From: Albugo candida
Lineage: Eukaryota
Assembly (NCBI GenBank): GCA_040437565.1
Contig: JBDOQK010000009.1
Span: forward strand, 310,001-374,000
DNA: 64,000 bases
Direction: 5' to 3'
The position numbers were made by a program, and so were the translations under genes. Within the stretch, counting starts at the first letter, position 1. Each line of letters opens with the position of its first letter. Of the stretch, positions 25,813 through 37,419 are shown in pieces. The notes under the pieces were generated by a model, which was given only the letters and a program-made list of their open reading frames with translations, was not told where the DNA came from and did no database searches.

Positions 25813-28028
25813 CTAGTGCAAAAGCCAACTTGATCGGAGTTTGGGTTGATTCAAAAAAGGATAGGAATGATACATTCGTTGGATTACGGCCAGGCGTTGT
25901 NNNNNNNNNNNNNNNNNNNNNNNNNNNNNNNNNNNNNNNNNNNNNNNNNNNNNNNNNNNNNNNNNNNNNNNNNNNNNNNNNNNNNNNNNNNNNNNNNNNN
26001 CGGAGTTTGGGTTGATTCAAAAAAGGATAGGAATGATACATTCGTTGGATTACGGCCAGGCGTTGTGACACATAGAGTCCTTCTTCCAGCAAATCGCTGA
26101 GATCTTCTTCGAATCGAACTTGATCCTCATCACGAAAGAGCACTCGATGCGAGTCGAATAGGCTTCGAAGTTGATGCAAGAGCAGAATCAGATACCCGAG
26201 ATCTCGAGCATTCAAGGTGTGCCATTGTGCTTCCTCAACACCTTCAGCCTGTAAAGATGAACCACGATTTTGTTTATTCAAAAGCCGCTCAATATCACGC
26301 AAAAATCTTCGCAAATGACTCGCAACGTCCCGAGAATCGTAGGACAAATGCTCTGTGGTTTTTCGATACAGCTGAAAGAAGAGCATTTTGGTGAGCCCAT
26401 AGATACCAGCACCGGCGAGAATCGTTGGAATAGTGGCAAGCAATTGCAAATTGAGCTGATTGGCGTGCATCAAATCATCGATCGCTCCCATGGCGACCAT
26501 GAGTTCTTTTTTGATAAACTGGATCTGGATAAGAAGCATACGAACGATATCGCCTGTCATCAGGCTACGAACAGCAGTAGAAAGCTGTTTCTCATACACG
26601 AATGAAACAAGGGACATATCCATACTTTCCACTTTTCGTTGTAATTCTTGTGGCGGCATATTCGGATTCGTATCACACGCAAAGTCGTGGAGCATTCGTT
26701 GTAGACTTGCTTTCGCATCCAGTAAAGCCGCAGCGTCTTGAATGTCATTTTTCCGGTTAAAGAGTATTTCTCCAAGAATCGCGCTGCAATACACAAAATC
26801 ATGTCAGCGAGACCGAAAAGCAAAGTATATTTCTTCGTACTCAATGGGTTCAATCATGTGCTCAATAAAGAATTGCTGGAGGGCTTCCCGTATGGTTCTA
26901 GCAATCGACAGGAATCTGACTCGATTTCGTGTGAGCCAAACACCTGCTACTCCGACAGAGACGACTGCAATGGTGAGTGGAATCCATCTAATAGTAAGTA
27001 GTGAGGTACGACCGAAATCGAAGATGAGTGTCTATACCGTCTTTGTAGCGTAGAAGGCGGTCGGCAGGGCTTTAATGCACACTGGAACAGACTTGAGAGC
27101 CTGACACGAACATCTCTCATTTGGCAGATATGCGCGTCCAAACTCAGTAAAGACCTCTGTAAGTTGGACTTTGATACAAATTCCAATCCAGAGCACACGA
27201 AATCTACCAACAATGTTGATCAGTGTGATGTCTACGATGTCTATTCCTTCACGCACCAGAGTCCAAAGAAGTAACAGAAGCCAAGGAATCAGTCTCCGAA
27301 CTCAAAGTCCCGTCCAATCTTTGCGGTGAGGTGATACTCGGTGTCAAATATATGCTTTTGAGTAAATTCATAGCTCTCTGCACGATTTCCTCGACGATCT
27401 GCGTCTGTATCGAATTTGGTTTCTGCAACATTGACACCAGTGTCGTCCTCAGCGTTTTCAATTGACCAAGTCGAGTCTACAAAGCTTTTCAATGACGCGA
27501 AAACAAAAGCTTTGGACCTGTACCAAATTCACATCCATCGTCTCTGTCAGCGCTCTTAGCTTTTCCGAATTGGCAATTCGATGCGACCTGAACGCAAGAT
27601 TCAATTTCCTTATACAAATGAAGGGGTATCCACCTCGCTATTAGCCATTCTGTCGGCATTTGCTCCAATTTTGCTCGCAATTTGTTACGCTGTAAGAATT
27701 TCCAATACAAAATCGCATCGGGAATGTGTTGTATCGCTTCTAAAAGGTCAAATGTTGCGATCTCCAATTGCGCGAGAATCACATTCAGCCACAGTGCGTA
27801 CACGCTCGTGCAAAGAATTTCGTTTGTTTCAATGGATTCTGAAGTGAATTCACATAATTGCAAGTTTTCATGCACACATTCCAACGATTGTTGCAGAGTG
27901 CTACTATCACGCGACGAATTCCGTAGCTGTAGTTCCTGTAGCGATGCGCGTACGCCGGAGGCTATTTGACCATTGATCGACGATAACGAATCCGAATCGA
28001 TGAGCGAAAGTTCACTGGCTGAGATCAT
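25813..28028 (-). CDS. NCA2: NCA2-like (nuclear control of ATPase 2) protein, multi-exon
   Basis: YEKQLSTAVRSLMTGDIVRMLLIQIQFIKKELMVAMGAIDDLMHANQLN matches the NCA2 family. Short GT-AG introns join the ORF fragments. The stop falls at 25813 once the gap-flanking overlap is collapsed. Confidence 0.8.
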
Positions 28029-28102
28029 GTCTTATGTATGCGATAGAGTACATAGCACAAAGTAGGCTTTTTGTATTGTATTTTTAGGCACAACCGTTCT
28101 TG

Positions 28103-29408
28103 ATGAGCACACCTCTTCTTCCAAGAGTACGTGCTGATGCATTCCTTTCTGCTTTCGCTTATCCTTGCACTTATATAGCCAGCGGGAAAATGCTGGCAAA
28201 ACAATGATGAATCCACAGCAGCTTGTTTCCAGTCAGAAACACGACCAACAACACCAGACCACGTGCGTCGTTATCGTAAATCCTATTTCGCCGAGCCTGG
28301 AGCTCGAATTGTTCATCCAGGTCTTATCAACGACACAAAGTCGGACCACGACACGATTTTCGGTTTGGTGACAGACAAAAGTCAGCATTTAAAGGACGTC
28401 ATGAGGACGGGTCCAAACACTGATTTTGGGTGGATGCAGCTACAGCAAAAGGAAGCTTTGTACGCTAGTCATCGTCGTGAGCCTTTGGGCAAGTCTTATT
28501 CTCGGGGACACGTCCTACCTCAGTGCATGCAAAATCCCGATTTCGCACACGGAACCATTGCAAGCACAAGTGAGTCCGCAAAGGAATTACTATACCCAAC
28601 TTTACCTCATTCACCCGATTCCGACGCACTGTATCGAAAAAGTCATCACGCGAGCTTACCCGGGGAACAGAAGAAGCGGGATTATGAATGGGGGGATCTA
28701 AAGCCTACTTCTCATCGATTTGGACGTGTCAATGTACAAGGAGAAAGCATAGACGCCTGCTTCCAGGACAGTCTTCATCCGATCCTCCGACTGAAACAAG
28801 TCGAAGATATGAGAGCACTCACTGATCGACTCGGTAAACCGCGATACCTCAGCGCAGCAAATAGAGCGTTGGACGCTACTCACGTGTACGGAAGTCGCCC
28901 GGCAAATGATGAGGGATCGGCGAGGGAATGCATTCAGAGCTGTTACTCACGTGAGGAACAAGAACCTGATGAGGATCTCGGAAAGCCTCGACATTATGGA
29001 TGGAAAAATACGACTTGCAAGTCAAGAACATTTGGTATACCTACGATACGCGCAGATATAAAAACTCCAAGCCATCGATCCATTGCAGATTGTCAGAATT
29101 ACGGCGATGATACCGCGACAAAAGAGCTTTTATACCCCTCAAAATTTGAAATGCATGGAATCTCTGAGGAAGAATTTACTCGACCGAGAGATGAGGCTTT
29201 CTTGCGATCTCTTTTTGTAAAAATCGGATTTGGGGAGAGTGATGAGATTGCGAAATTAGTATGGACTATTGTATGCGGAAAGAAAGAATGTGCGAGTATT
29301 GCTACGTATCGTGATACACTCAATGAATATTATGCAGCAAAGCGGAAAGGTGAAAGGGAGTTAGTATTGTGGAGGAAAAGAGCAGAGGCTGCAAGTAAAG
29401 TTTTGTAA
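28103..29408 (+). CDS. EFHB: EFHB/CFAP21-like axonemal protein (exon 1 28103-28126, intron 28127-28178)
   Basis: LYASHRREPLGKSYSRG, YRKSH...PGEQKKRDYEW, TFGIPTIRADI, IADCQNYGDD..A..LLYP motifs typical of EFHB. The phase-0 intron restores the frame. Confidence 0.8.
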
Positions 29409-29817
29409 GTTATATCTTGAAATTTATCAAGTTGCCCATTTTATGTGACACGTTTTGTCGACGCGGACGGGACCTTCTTGGTTGTCGCATATGTACCGTT
29501 TCAGGTCTAACGACGTATCGTGCAATGAAATGATTGATTGGCAAGTTTTTCGAGTCAATTTACCAATTTTATATGGTCGCGAAGCTTTTTCTTATTTCAT
29601 GTTAGAATTTTCATGACCACTAAAGTACCATGCATCTTACACTGACTGGATAGATAAATTTCATATATATTCTGTCAAATGATTCGAGCTTTCAGGCACT
29701 CATTTCTGCCCTCAAAGTCACTATCGCTGAAATTTATGGATTGAGTGCCGACCCGGAATATCGGCACAAACAAACGTGCCCCTTTGAGCGTAAAGCAATC
29801 GCACTTTGCGTTACACT

Positions 29818-31063
29818 ATGACTTCATCCACGAAATCGGATATAAACGACGATAGAATCGGAAAACGACTACCAGCAGATCCAGAGTACGCTGTCATCTC
29901 AGCGTTCTTAAGCACTATCGACCAATCATCGATCGGTGATGTCGAGGATACTGTGAAGAGAACCGATCAAAAAACAGTGCTGGCTCAACATTCGAGTGAC
30001 GAGAGAGAGCTTTATTTAGGCGATGAGAATTTGATTTGTAGGAATGAATTGATCAAAAGGTCTCGCTTGAATCGTTTCGCACTGGATGATAACTCGCCAT
30101 GGCATTCGTGTAATTGGGAACCGACAGTATCGAATCTATCGTTACAACACGAACACACTATCGCAAGCAGTACGGAAGGGACCACAGCGAACACTCAGTC
30201 AGTATGTTATGGTACCAATTCACTTTACAAAAACGGAACGTATGAAGCAAATCCAATTACCAAAGAAGAATTTGCGTTTACAATGGATCAAGGCTCATTA
30301 TTAATTTCACCACACTCTGAAAATGGCTCGAAAGGCTCGTTTTGTCCTATTTCACGACACACAAAACTAACAGAATTAGAGCAATATGTGCGTGAATTAG
30401 AACGCGATAATTTGCATTTGAAGCAATCACTTTTAGTCGGTAAGGACACAAATCAAGTCATGAAAACCCTCCACACAAAAGACAAAGTGGTACATGTTCT
30501 TAAAGAACGTATTTCAATAGTCGAGAATATGGTGCATCAACTTAATCAATTAAATTTGGAATTGCAGAATGTAGATCGGATTTGGCATTCGAATTGTCAC
30601 ATCGGAATCGGTGTTCGAGAATGGAACACGATTGGACATTATGAGCTCATGGAATTATGGAACTTCATTCGATCCATTTTTGTCACTCTTTCCATTGACG
30701 TTATCGAATTGCGTCCTCACGTATCCGATGGAGAAATGGTACATCAATTCACAATCATTTTCAATTTCTACCCTACTCTCTTCTTATTCATAGATCTTGA
30801 CGAAATGGCGCGTGCAAGGAGAAATCGCAGCCGCGAATCAACTCAATTCAACTCATGTTTCTGCAAAGTATGCGGCCGCACTCAAAACCGCACTTTTAGC
30901 CATCAAGTCTTCTGATTTGACATTTACCGTCACAACATTCATCATTTTTGATCAATACAAAATAGCACAACAATACCATTGCTGGGATCAAGTGAGCGTT
31001 TTTAAACGTCTGTTTGGTGGACAAATGCCTTCAGCCATCTTCAATATCCTCACAGTCGCGTAG
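29818..31063 (+). CDS. Hypothetical coiled-coil protein (probably spliced at the 3' end)
   Basis: 369-aa ORF with a heptad segment (LTELEQYVRELERDNLHLKQ). An overlapping downstream ORF suggests an intron. Confidence 0.55.
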
Positions 31064-31104
31064 CGTGTCCTCACAAACATGGAGTGAGTACGATTTTGAG
31101 GCAA

Positions 31105-34100
31105 TTAATTGAGTCCACCGATCGGCTCCAATTTTTCCTGCTGCAATTTGTCCAGCATGGATTCCGTATACGCCAATTCTCGTGCAATATCATCACAGAT
31201 AGCTGCAAAATGAGGCCCCTCTGAGAATTTTAGCATCGTTTCGGCGTCTTCTTTGAATTCCAATACGCCATTCCACGTCTCCGATAGCGTCTCGGAACAC
31301 TTGTCGACTTCATCCAATTCTACCACGTACGTATTCAGCAGATTCTTCCACAACTCCAATTTCTCTTGAGTATTTATCATCAGTGCTTGTGTGTTATCCC
31401 AATGCGTTTTCCAGGTTTCCATGCAATCCGTCTTCTCGGCCTCGTCGTCCATTACCTGTGTCAATGCAGCTCGAACACTCTGCCGAACTGATTTTTCTTC
31501 CTCGAAAATTGCTTTCTCATTCAAAAGACGAGTGTGATGCCGTTGGAGTGCTTGGATTTTCTCTTGATTGAACTGCTGTTCTGGAGGAAGAAGCTGCTGG
31601 ATGACGACTTGATAATCCATCGTTTTCGCATTGATCCATGAGAACGTGTTATCCCATTCAAATATTAGCGTCATTGGCGATTCGATCGTTAAAGAGTCTT
31701 CCAGTGAATTCACTCGACACGGATGCACGATAATGTGATCGCTTGATTCACTATTGGATCTTGTTGCAACACAGGTAAAGCCTACATCGGCTTCATCATC
31801 AATGGAGAAGGACCAGAGCACACGACTTCCAATAAGATCGCAGACCACAGGAAGACTGAAGACCGCACCAGCTTTTATGGTCACACCACTTCGCATAACT
31901 AATGCGTCTTCATACAAATTTGTATCGGTCATTGGTTCTGAGACAGCGGGCAGTAAGCCTTTCAAAGTTTGAGCATTCTCGGCACCGATTATATCGTCGA
32001 CAGATGAGTGCGTTCCATCTCGATTCGCTTGACACTCGGTAGACTGATGGAAAAGAGACGCATACGATTCCAATATCGTTTGAAGGTGTGACAATTTGGC
32101 ATTTATACCAGATGTGAACTGTGTCAGTTGCCTGGAACGATGTTCTGCCTTACTTTTCGATTGTCGCATTTCATCGATAATTTTTCGATCGTTGTGCAGC
32201 ATTTCCAGTTGGAGTCGCTCTAATGTCTCTTCCAAGTGAGAAATTTCTAGTTGGAGTGCGTTTGAGTCACAAATTGGTTGACAAGAATCTGAGTGCTTTA
32301 CTAGAGACTCCAAATGCCAACAGATCGACTGGAGGTCTTCTTGACGCATTTGGAAGCGCTCATACTCGGTCAAAAGACCATCAATGACTGCGGCTTTGAT
32401 GTGTATCGTTTCAACAGCTTCATCATAACGTGTTTGGAGCCGATATTGAGCGCTTCGATGAGCCTCCAATTCTCGCCTGAGCACCTTCATTTCTTCAGAA
32501 TGCGATATCAACGCGCTTTGGTCACTTTGCGGGGGCTCAAGTAAACGTGTTTGAACCAGCAAATGATTCTCATTTTTCAAACTGGCGATTTCTCGAATTT
32601 GTGTAGCGATCTCATCAGTCAATTGATCACATTTCAAAGTCATTTCAGCGCGAGTAGTAGCCCATTCTTTCTCTCTCAATATCCACATATCAACTTGGCG
32701 CCTCAAAAAATCACATCTATCATCATTTTCAATCAATGCTGACTCCAANNNNNNNNNNNNNNNNNNNNNNNNNNNNNNNNNNNNNNNNNNNNNNNNNNNN
32801 NNNNNNNNNNNNNNNNNNNNNNNNNNNNNNNNNNNNNNNNNNNNNNNNTGGAGGTCTTCTTGACGCATTTGGAAGCGCTCATACTCGGTCAAAAGACCAT
32901 CAATGACTGCGGCTTTGATGTGTATCGTTTCAACAGCTTCATCATAACGTGTTTGGAGCCGATATTGAGCGCTTCGATGAGCCTCCAATTCTCGCCTGAG
33001 CACCTTCATTTCTTCAGAATGCGATATCAACGCGCTTTGGTCACTTTGCGGGGGCTCAAGTAAACGTGTTTGAACCAGCAAATGATTCTCATTTTTCAAA
33101 CTGGCGATTTCTCGAATTTGTGTAGCGATCTCATCAGTCAATTGATCACATTTCAAAGTCATTTCAGCGCGAGTAGTAGCCCATTCTTTCTCTCTCAATA
33201 TCCACATATCAACTTGGCGCCTCAAAAAATCACATCTATCATCATTTTCAATCAATGCTGACTCCAAATCTTGGGTTTTCATGCGTAAAAGCTCTAGTTC
33301 CATGGTCCAACTCGCACTTTTTTCCGTCCAATTCGCCTCACATTTTCGCCATTCAGCCTGTAACGATGCTTCCGTCTGCGTTTGCATTTGCACTCGCCCC
33401 CTCCAATCTTTGATCTCATCGATCAATTTCTCATTTTCAGCATTCATATCGACCATCGCTTGATAGAGTTTTCCTTCAGAATCTTCATGTTGTAAAAATT
33501 GTCGGTTTATTGCTTTGTCCAATTCCATTGCTCGTTCTCTACCCAATTTTATGGTTTCCTCCAAATTACAGCATTTCTGAAGCAGTAATTCGCGCTCTTT
33601 CTCCAGTTCGATCGCTTTGGATCGTTTTTCCATTTTACAAAGTGCCGCGTGTGATCGCTTTCGATATTTTTCAAATTCCATTTTCAATTGTTCCAACTCA
33701 AATGTCAATACATTCACTCGATCCTCGTCAGTGGAAACTTTTTCACTAAAGATGTGGCTATGCGCACCCTCGATGGCCATTTCCAAGCAAGTGCATTGGT
33801 TTTGTACGTGGAGAACATGCTGTTGAAGCTTTGAATTTCGATTGAGAGCTTGTGTGAGTTCCTGAACGAGCATCTGATGCTCTCCATTGATATTTTTCCA
33901 ACAAAATTCGAATTCCTTCTGCGTCCGATTCAATTCTTCCGCAAACATTTCGATTGAATTTTGATCGGTTGATTGAGCAAACGCTTCTTCCAAATGTGTC
34001 GCCCAGCCGAAAGCGTTCCATTTGGTAAACAAACAATTGAAAGTCGCATGAAAACGGTTTTTTATTATGCTTATGGATTCGTTGATTTGGAGGTTCTCTT

Positions 34101-35016
34101 CGGTCAGTTTTTGAAACTTTTGTTGTACGACCGAAAGCGATTGCAGCTCTTTTGGTATCCCAATGATTCCAAGTTTATCGCAATTCCTAATCTGTTGACA
34201 GAAAGTTTGGGCTGCGTTTTCAATTTCTGATTTGTACGCTGCCAGGACTTTGGACTCTGTATCTTCCAAACGAACGAGTAGTGATCGAAGATCCTCCAGT
34301 TGCATTTCCCATGGATTATATCGATTGAGTGGTGGTGTGCAATTTAGTTCCAAATTCGTCTCCTGCTGGGTCGAAGCTTTATCGCCATTTACAACCTCGG
34401 CATCGATCTCATTGGAAGAGTTTGAATTTTTGGTTTGTTGCGTTTCGATCCTGGATTCCAAGACTGAAATTGAGGTCGTGGTAGCCTTCCAGTGCTGTTG
34501 TATGCTAGCGATGGCGTCGGATGGCTTTGAGTCGTCCAAATTCGACTTATACGAATGTGCTTCAAGATACTGACGCATTTCAAGCTCAAGTTGATCAAGT
34601 CGCATTATGTTTTGTTCAAGTGTAGAATTATCTAGGATATTACATCGAATTACATTGGAAGCTTTTGTGACGGCACAGGATGCGTTTTGTAGTGCTTTTG
34701 ATGCATTTTCATTCGATTTCTGTCTCATTTCCTCACTTTTTTTCTCAAGCATCAACGTGACCCCACTCAAATCCTCCAAAAGTTCTTGAAGGCTCCTGTT
34801 ATCGATTTGAGATGATGTATCTACTAATGACTGAAAGCTGCTCAACTGTTGCTGCTGTGTGTGCACAAATTTGGCTGCGTTATGTAAATCCTGAACAGAG
34901 CTGAGTAGAGATTTTGATATATTCCTATCCCCTCGTGCATCTGCATCGAGCGCCTTTTTCTGGAGCTTGTCGGCCACAATTTCAATACTTTGAATCACCG
35001 AATCGGCTTCTGCCAT
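31105..35016 (-). CDS. Long coiled-coil (golgin-like) protein with a C-terminal GOLD domain
   Basis: Extended heptads; GOLD motif IKAGAVFSLPV...VLWSFSI..ADVGF...LIFEWDNTFSWINAKTMDY. 32330-32748 = 32849-33267 is an assembly duplicate. Confidence 0.8.
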   Translation of the reverse strand: MAEADSVIQSIEIVADKLQKKALDADARGDRNISKSLLSSVQDLHNAAKFVHTQQQQLSSFQSLVDTSSQIDNRSLQELLEDLSGVTLMLEKKSEEMRQKSNENASKALQNASCAVTKASNVIRCNILDNSTLEQNIMRLDQLELEMRQYLEAHSYKSNLDDSKPSDAIASIQQHWKATTTSISVLESRIETQQTKNSNSSNEIDAEVVNGDKASTQQETNLELNCTPPLNRYNPWEMQLEDLRSLLVRLEDTESKVLAAYKSEIENAAQTFCQQIRNCDKLGIIGIPKELQSLSVVQQKFQKLTEENLQINESISIIKNRFHATFNCLFTKWNAFGWATHLEEAFAQSTDQNSIEMFAEELNRTQKEFEFCWKNINGEHQMLVQELTQALNRNSKLQQHVLHVQNQCTCLEMAIEGAHSHIFSEKVSTDEDRVNVLTFELEQLKMEFEKYRKRSHAALCKMEKRSKAIELEKERELLLQKCCNLEETIKLGRERAMELDKAINRQFLQHEDSEGKLYQAMVDMNAENEKLIDEIKDWRGRVQMQTQTEASLQAEWRKCEANWTEKSASWTMELELLRMKTQDLESALIENDDRCDFLRRQVDMWILREKEWATTRAEMTLKCDQLTDEIATQIREIASLKNENHLLVQTRLLEPPQSDQSALISHSEEMKVLRRELEAHRSAQYRLQTRYDEAVETIHIKAAVIDGLLTEYERFQMRQEDLXXXXXXXXXXXXXXXXXXXXXXXXXXXXXXXXXXLESALIENDDRCDFLRRQVDMWILREKEWATTRAEMTLKCDQLTDEIATQIREIASLKNENHLLVQTRLLEPPQSDQSALISHSEEMKVLRRELEAHRSAQYRLQTRYDEAVETIHIKAAVIDGLLTEYERFQMRQEDLQSICWHLESLVKHSDSCQPICDSNALQLEISHLEETLERLQLEMLHNDRKIIDEMRQSKSKAEHRSRQLTQFTSGINAKLSHLQTILESYASLFHQSTECQANRDGTHSSVDDIIGAENAQTLKGLLPAVSEPMTDTNLYEDALVMRSGVTIKAGAVFSLPVVCDLIGSRVLWSFSIDDEADVGFTCVATRSNSESSDHIIVHPCRVNSLEDSLTIESPMTLIFEWDNTFSWINAKTMDYQVVIQQLLPPEQQFNQEKIQALQRHHTRLLNEKAIFEEEKSVRQSVRAALTQVMDDEAEKTDCMETWKTHWDNTQALMINTQEKLELWKNLLNTYVVELDEVDKCSETLSETWNGVLEFKEDAETMLKFSEGPHFAAICDDIARELAYTESMLDKLQQEKLEPIGGLN

Positions 35017-35373
35017 CGCGAGACTTTCGCACCGTAACGGTTCGACACAGTTGGAGTGGCTTACATATATACACATGAATTTACTCGGATTAACGNNNNN
35101 NNNNNNNNNNNNNNNNNNNNNNNNNNNNNNNNNNNNNNNNNNNNNNNNNNNNNNNNNNNNNNNNNNNNNNNNNNNNNNNNNNNNNNNNNNNNNNNGAATT
35201 TACTCGGATTAACGTGGGTCACACGAGTAATAATCATAGTATGGTATTTTGCATAAAGCGGTATAATATTCAATGTCTTTTCCTCATAGAATAGGTTTTG
35301 TACTATTCGATTCGAAAATCACCTCTAACGCAGAGCTGTCTAACGTAAAAAACCGTTGGGGCACTTTGATTGT

Positions 35374-36663
35374 ATGGTGAGCCCTAGGACCGCCTCCAAT
35401 GAGGCTCTCTTGTATGCGGTAAATGGGCAATGGACTGAGCTTGACGCATTAGTTAGTCAATGTCCTAGCGTCGCGTGCGACTTGGATTCTGGTGGGATGA
35501 GCCTACTACACTGGATGTGCCTTCATCAGTCTATTAATTATGATACTATTGTCAGATTGATACAAGCGAATCCAAGCGCAATCGTGCAAAAGAACTCGGC
35601 TGGACATTATCCAATCGATCTGGCGCTACAAGCGCAATGTGAGGATAGAATCCTAGCTCTTTTGCAAATTGAGGATGAAGAAGTGGAGGATATACATGAA
35701 ATTAGGAACGATTTCGAGAGAACCAGACGTCAACCGCGTACTATACCTTTGTCGTATAAACATAGTGATTATAGTACGAATACTGGTCAATATTCCGAAT
35801 TCATGGAAGATAAAAACTATCGAAAGAAAGCAACATATAGTGAAAGTGGAAGCCTAATCGACAGAAGATTTAACCGTTATTCAGGCTATTCTGATTTGCC
35901 AAAGGTACAAACAGAAGAAGAGCGAGAATCACGGCAAGCAGATTATAACCTAAACTACATAAAACACTCCAGAAACGCGCCATCTGTATCGGACCGTGGA
36001 CCACATCATTTGGCATTTGATAAAACGAGTCGGACATCACGCAGTGGATCAACGTTCCAATTCGGTGACGATACAACAAGCAAAAAGTTTGTTCGCTCTC
36101 AAATGCCACTGTACTCGATCTACTCGGACGAATCAGTTGACACTCGATTGAACTTGGCGACTGAGAACCCGACTAAAAACATCAATTCCGAAAACGAAGA
36201 GCACTATCTACCACGAACCAGCTCACAATGCTTCGATAGAGAAAGCTCACAGAACGAAGATGATATGATCTCCATAAACAGCGAACCAATAAGTGGAATG
36301 GCATTTATCCGCAAAAGCCACATACAATCCAAAATACAGAGTCATTTGATAGAAGGCGACGAAGACCAGGACGGAGAGACACAATCTATTGTACAACGAA
36401 GATATAATCAGAATTTTCCACCTCGGTGGAAACAGTCACGTCGCTGCAACGTTTGTAATTACAGTTTTTCAATAATGAGACGACGGCATCATTGTCGTAA
36501 TTGTGGCCATAGTGTGTGCAGCCAGCACTCAAATCATCGTCTTCCATTGCCGAAATTCAATCTCATGCAACCACTTCGACTTTGTGATACTTGTTATGGG
36601 TCGCATGACTACATCGATCGACTTCCAGTCTCACAATCCTATTCTGTGATTGGAGAAAAATGA
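35374..36663 (+). CDS. Ankyrin-repeat + FYVE zinc-finger protein
   Basis: N-terminal ankyrin-like GMSLLHWMC / GHYPIDLA; C-terminal CNVC..F..MRRRHHCRNCGHSVC...RLCDTC. Confidence 0.85.
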   Translation: MVSPRTASNEALLYAVNGQWTELDALVSQCPSVACDLDSGGMSLLHWMCLHQSINYDTIVRLIQANPSAIVQKNSAGHYPIDLALQAQCEDRILALLQIEDEEVEDIHEIRNDFERTRRQPRTIPLSYKHSDYSTNTGQYSEFMEDKNYRKKATYSESGSLIDRRFNRYSGYSDLPKVQTEEERESRQADYNLNYIKHSRNAPSVSDRGPHHLAFDKTSRTSRSGSTFQFGDDTTSKKFVRSQMPLYSIYSDESVDTRLNLATENPTKNINSENEEHYLPRTSSQCFDRESSQNEDDMISINSEPISGMAFIRKSHIQSKIQSHLIEGDEDQDGETQSIVQRRYNQNFPPRWKQSRRCNVCNYSFSIMRRRHHCRNCGHSVCSQHSNHRLPLPKFNLMQPLRLCDTCYGSHDYIDRLPVSQSYSVIGEK

Positions 36664-37419
36664 GTATTATTGAAGTACGACAATCGCGTACGTGCCTTTT
36701 TATTGGAGAAAATGAACATCTAGAAACACCAATGTATATAAATGAAATCTTCTCATAGATAAGGGAGTTTTAGTCATGGATCCAAATGAGACTCTACGAT
36801 TATCTAAAGCGAAGTAGGATCGCAATTGTAATTAAACAACAGCTGTATCAATAACGTTATAAATTGTACAGATATGATCAGTGTTTTGACCAATGGTACA
36901 AGGAGGTGTTTCTACAACAACGCGCAAACGGGAAACTAGGCTGTGAAAACGAATACAAAGCGTATTCTAACTATTTGATGGTTTGTCTCGTCCTTCCATA
37001 GAACGAGCATGATAAGATTTGCTGAATAGAGCGAAATGGAGCATGACAAGACTTTGATAAATAATGTGACGAGCATGATGCAGGCGGATGTTAAAGCGCG
37101 GTGGGAACATAAAAGCAAAAAAGTATAGAGGCAAGGCATCAGACGCTCGGAGTACTATTAATGCTCTCCAAACGTTATAACCTCAAAAAACGAGAATACG
37201 GAAGAAACGGGAACACTTAGAAGGCCGGATTTTGTCCATCATAACAGTGTCTAAATAGAAGATCTCAGGGAGTAGGGCAGTTCTGATCCTATCTGAACAC
37301 ATTCTATGACTTTTCATCGAGATGTCATTCGACGAGCACAAATTATTCTGTAAATACATCATTTTTGTATTAAAATCGTATTACACCTCTAATCACTATT
37401 GCCACTAATCTCGAGGCTA

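Noticed and set aside
29745-29767. Hairpin gtgccga...tcggcac upstream of the coiled-coil gene
   Set aside because: A 7-bp stem is expected by chance and has no supporting context.
32330-33267. Internal 140-aa repeat in the GOLD protein
   Set aside because: Identical duplicate around an N gap, not a real repeat.
36900-37260. Possible Copia integrase trace (DKTLINNVTSMM)
   Set aside because: A single short motif; insufficient evidence.
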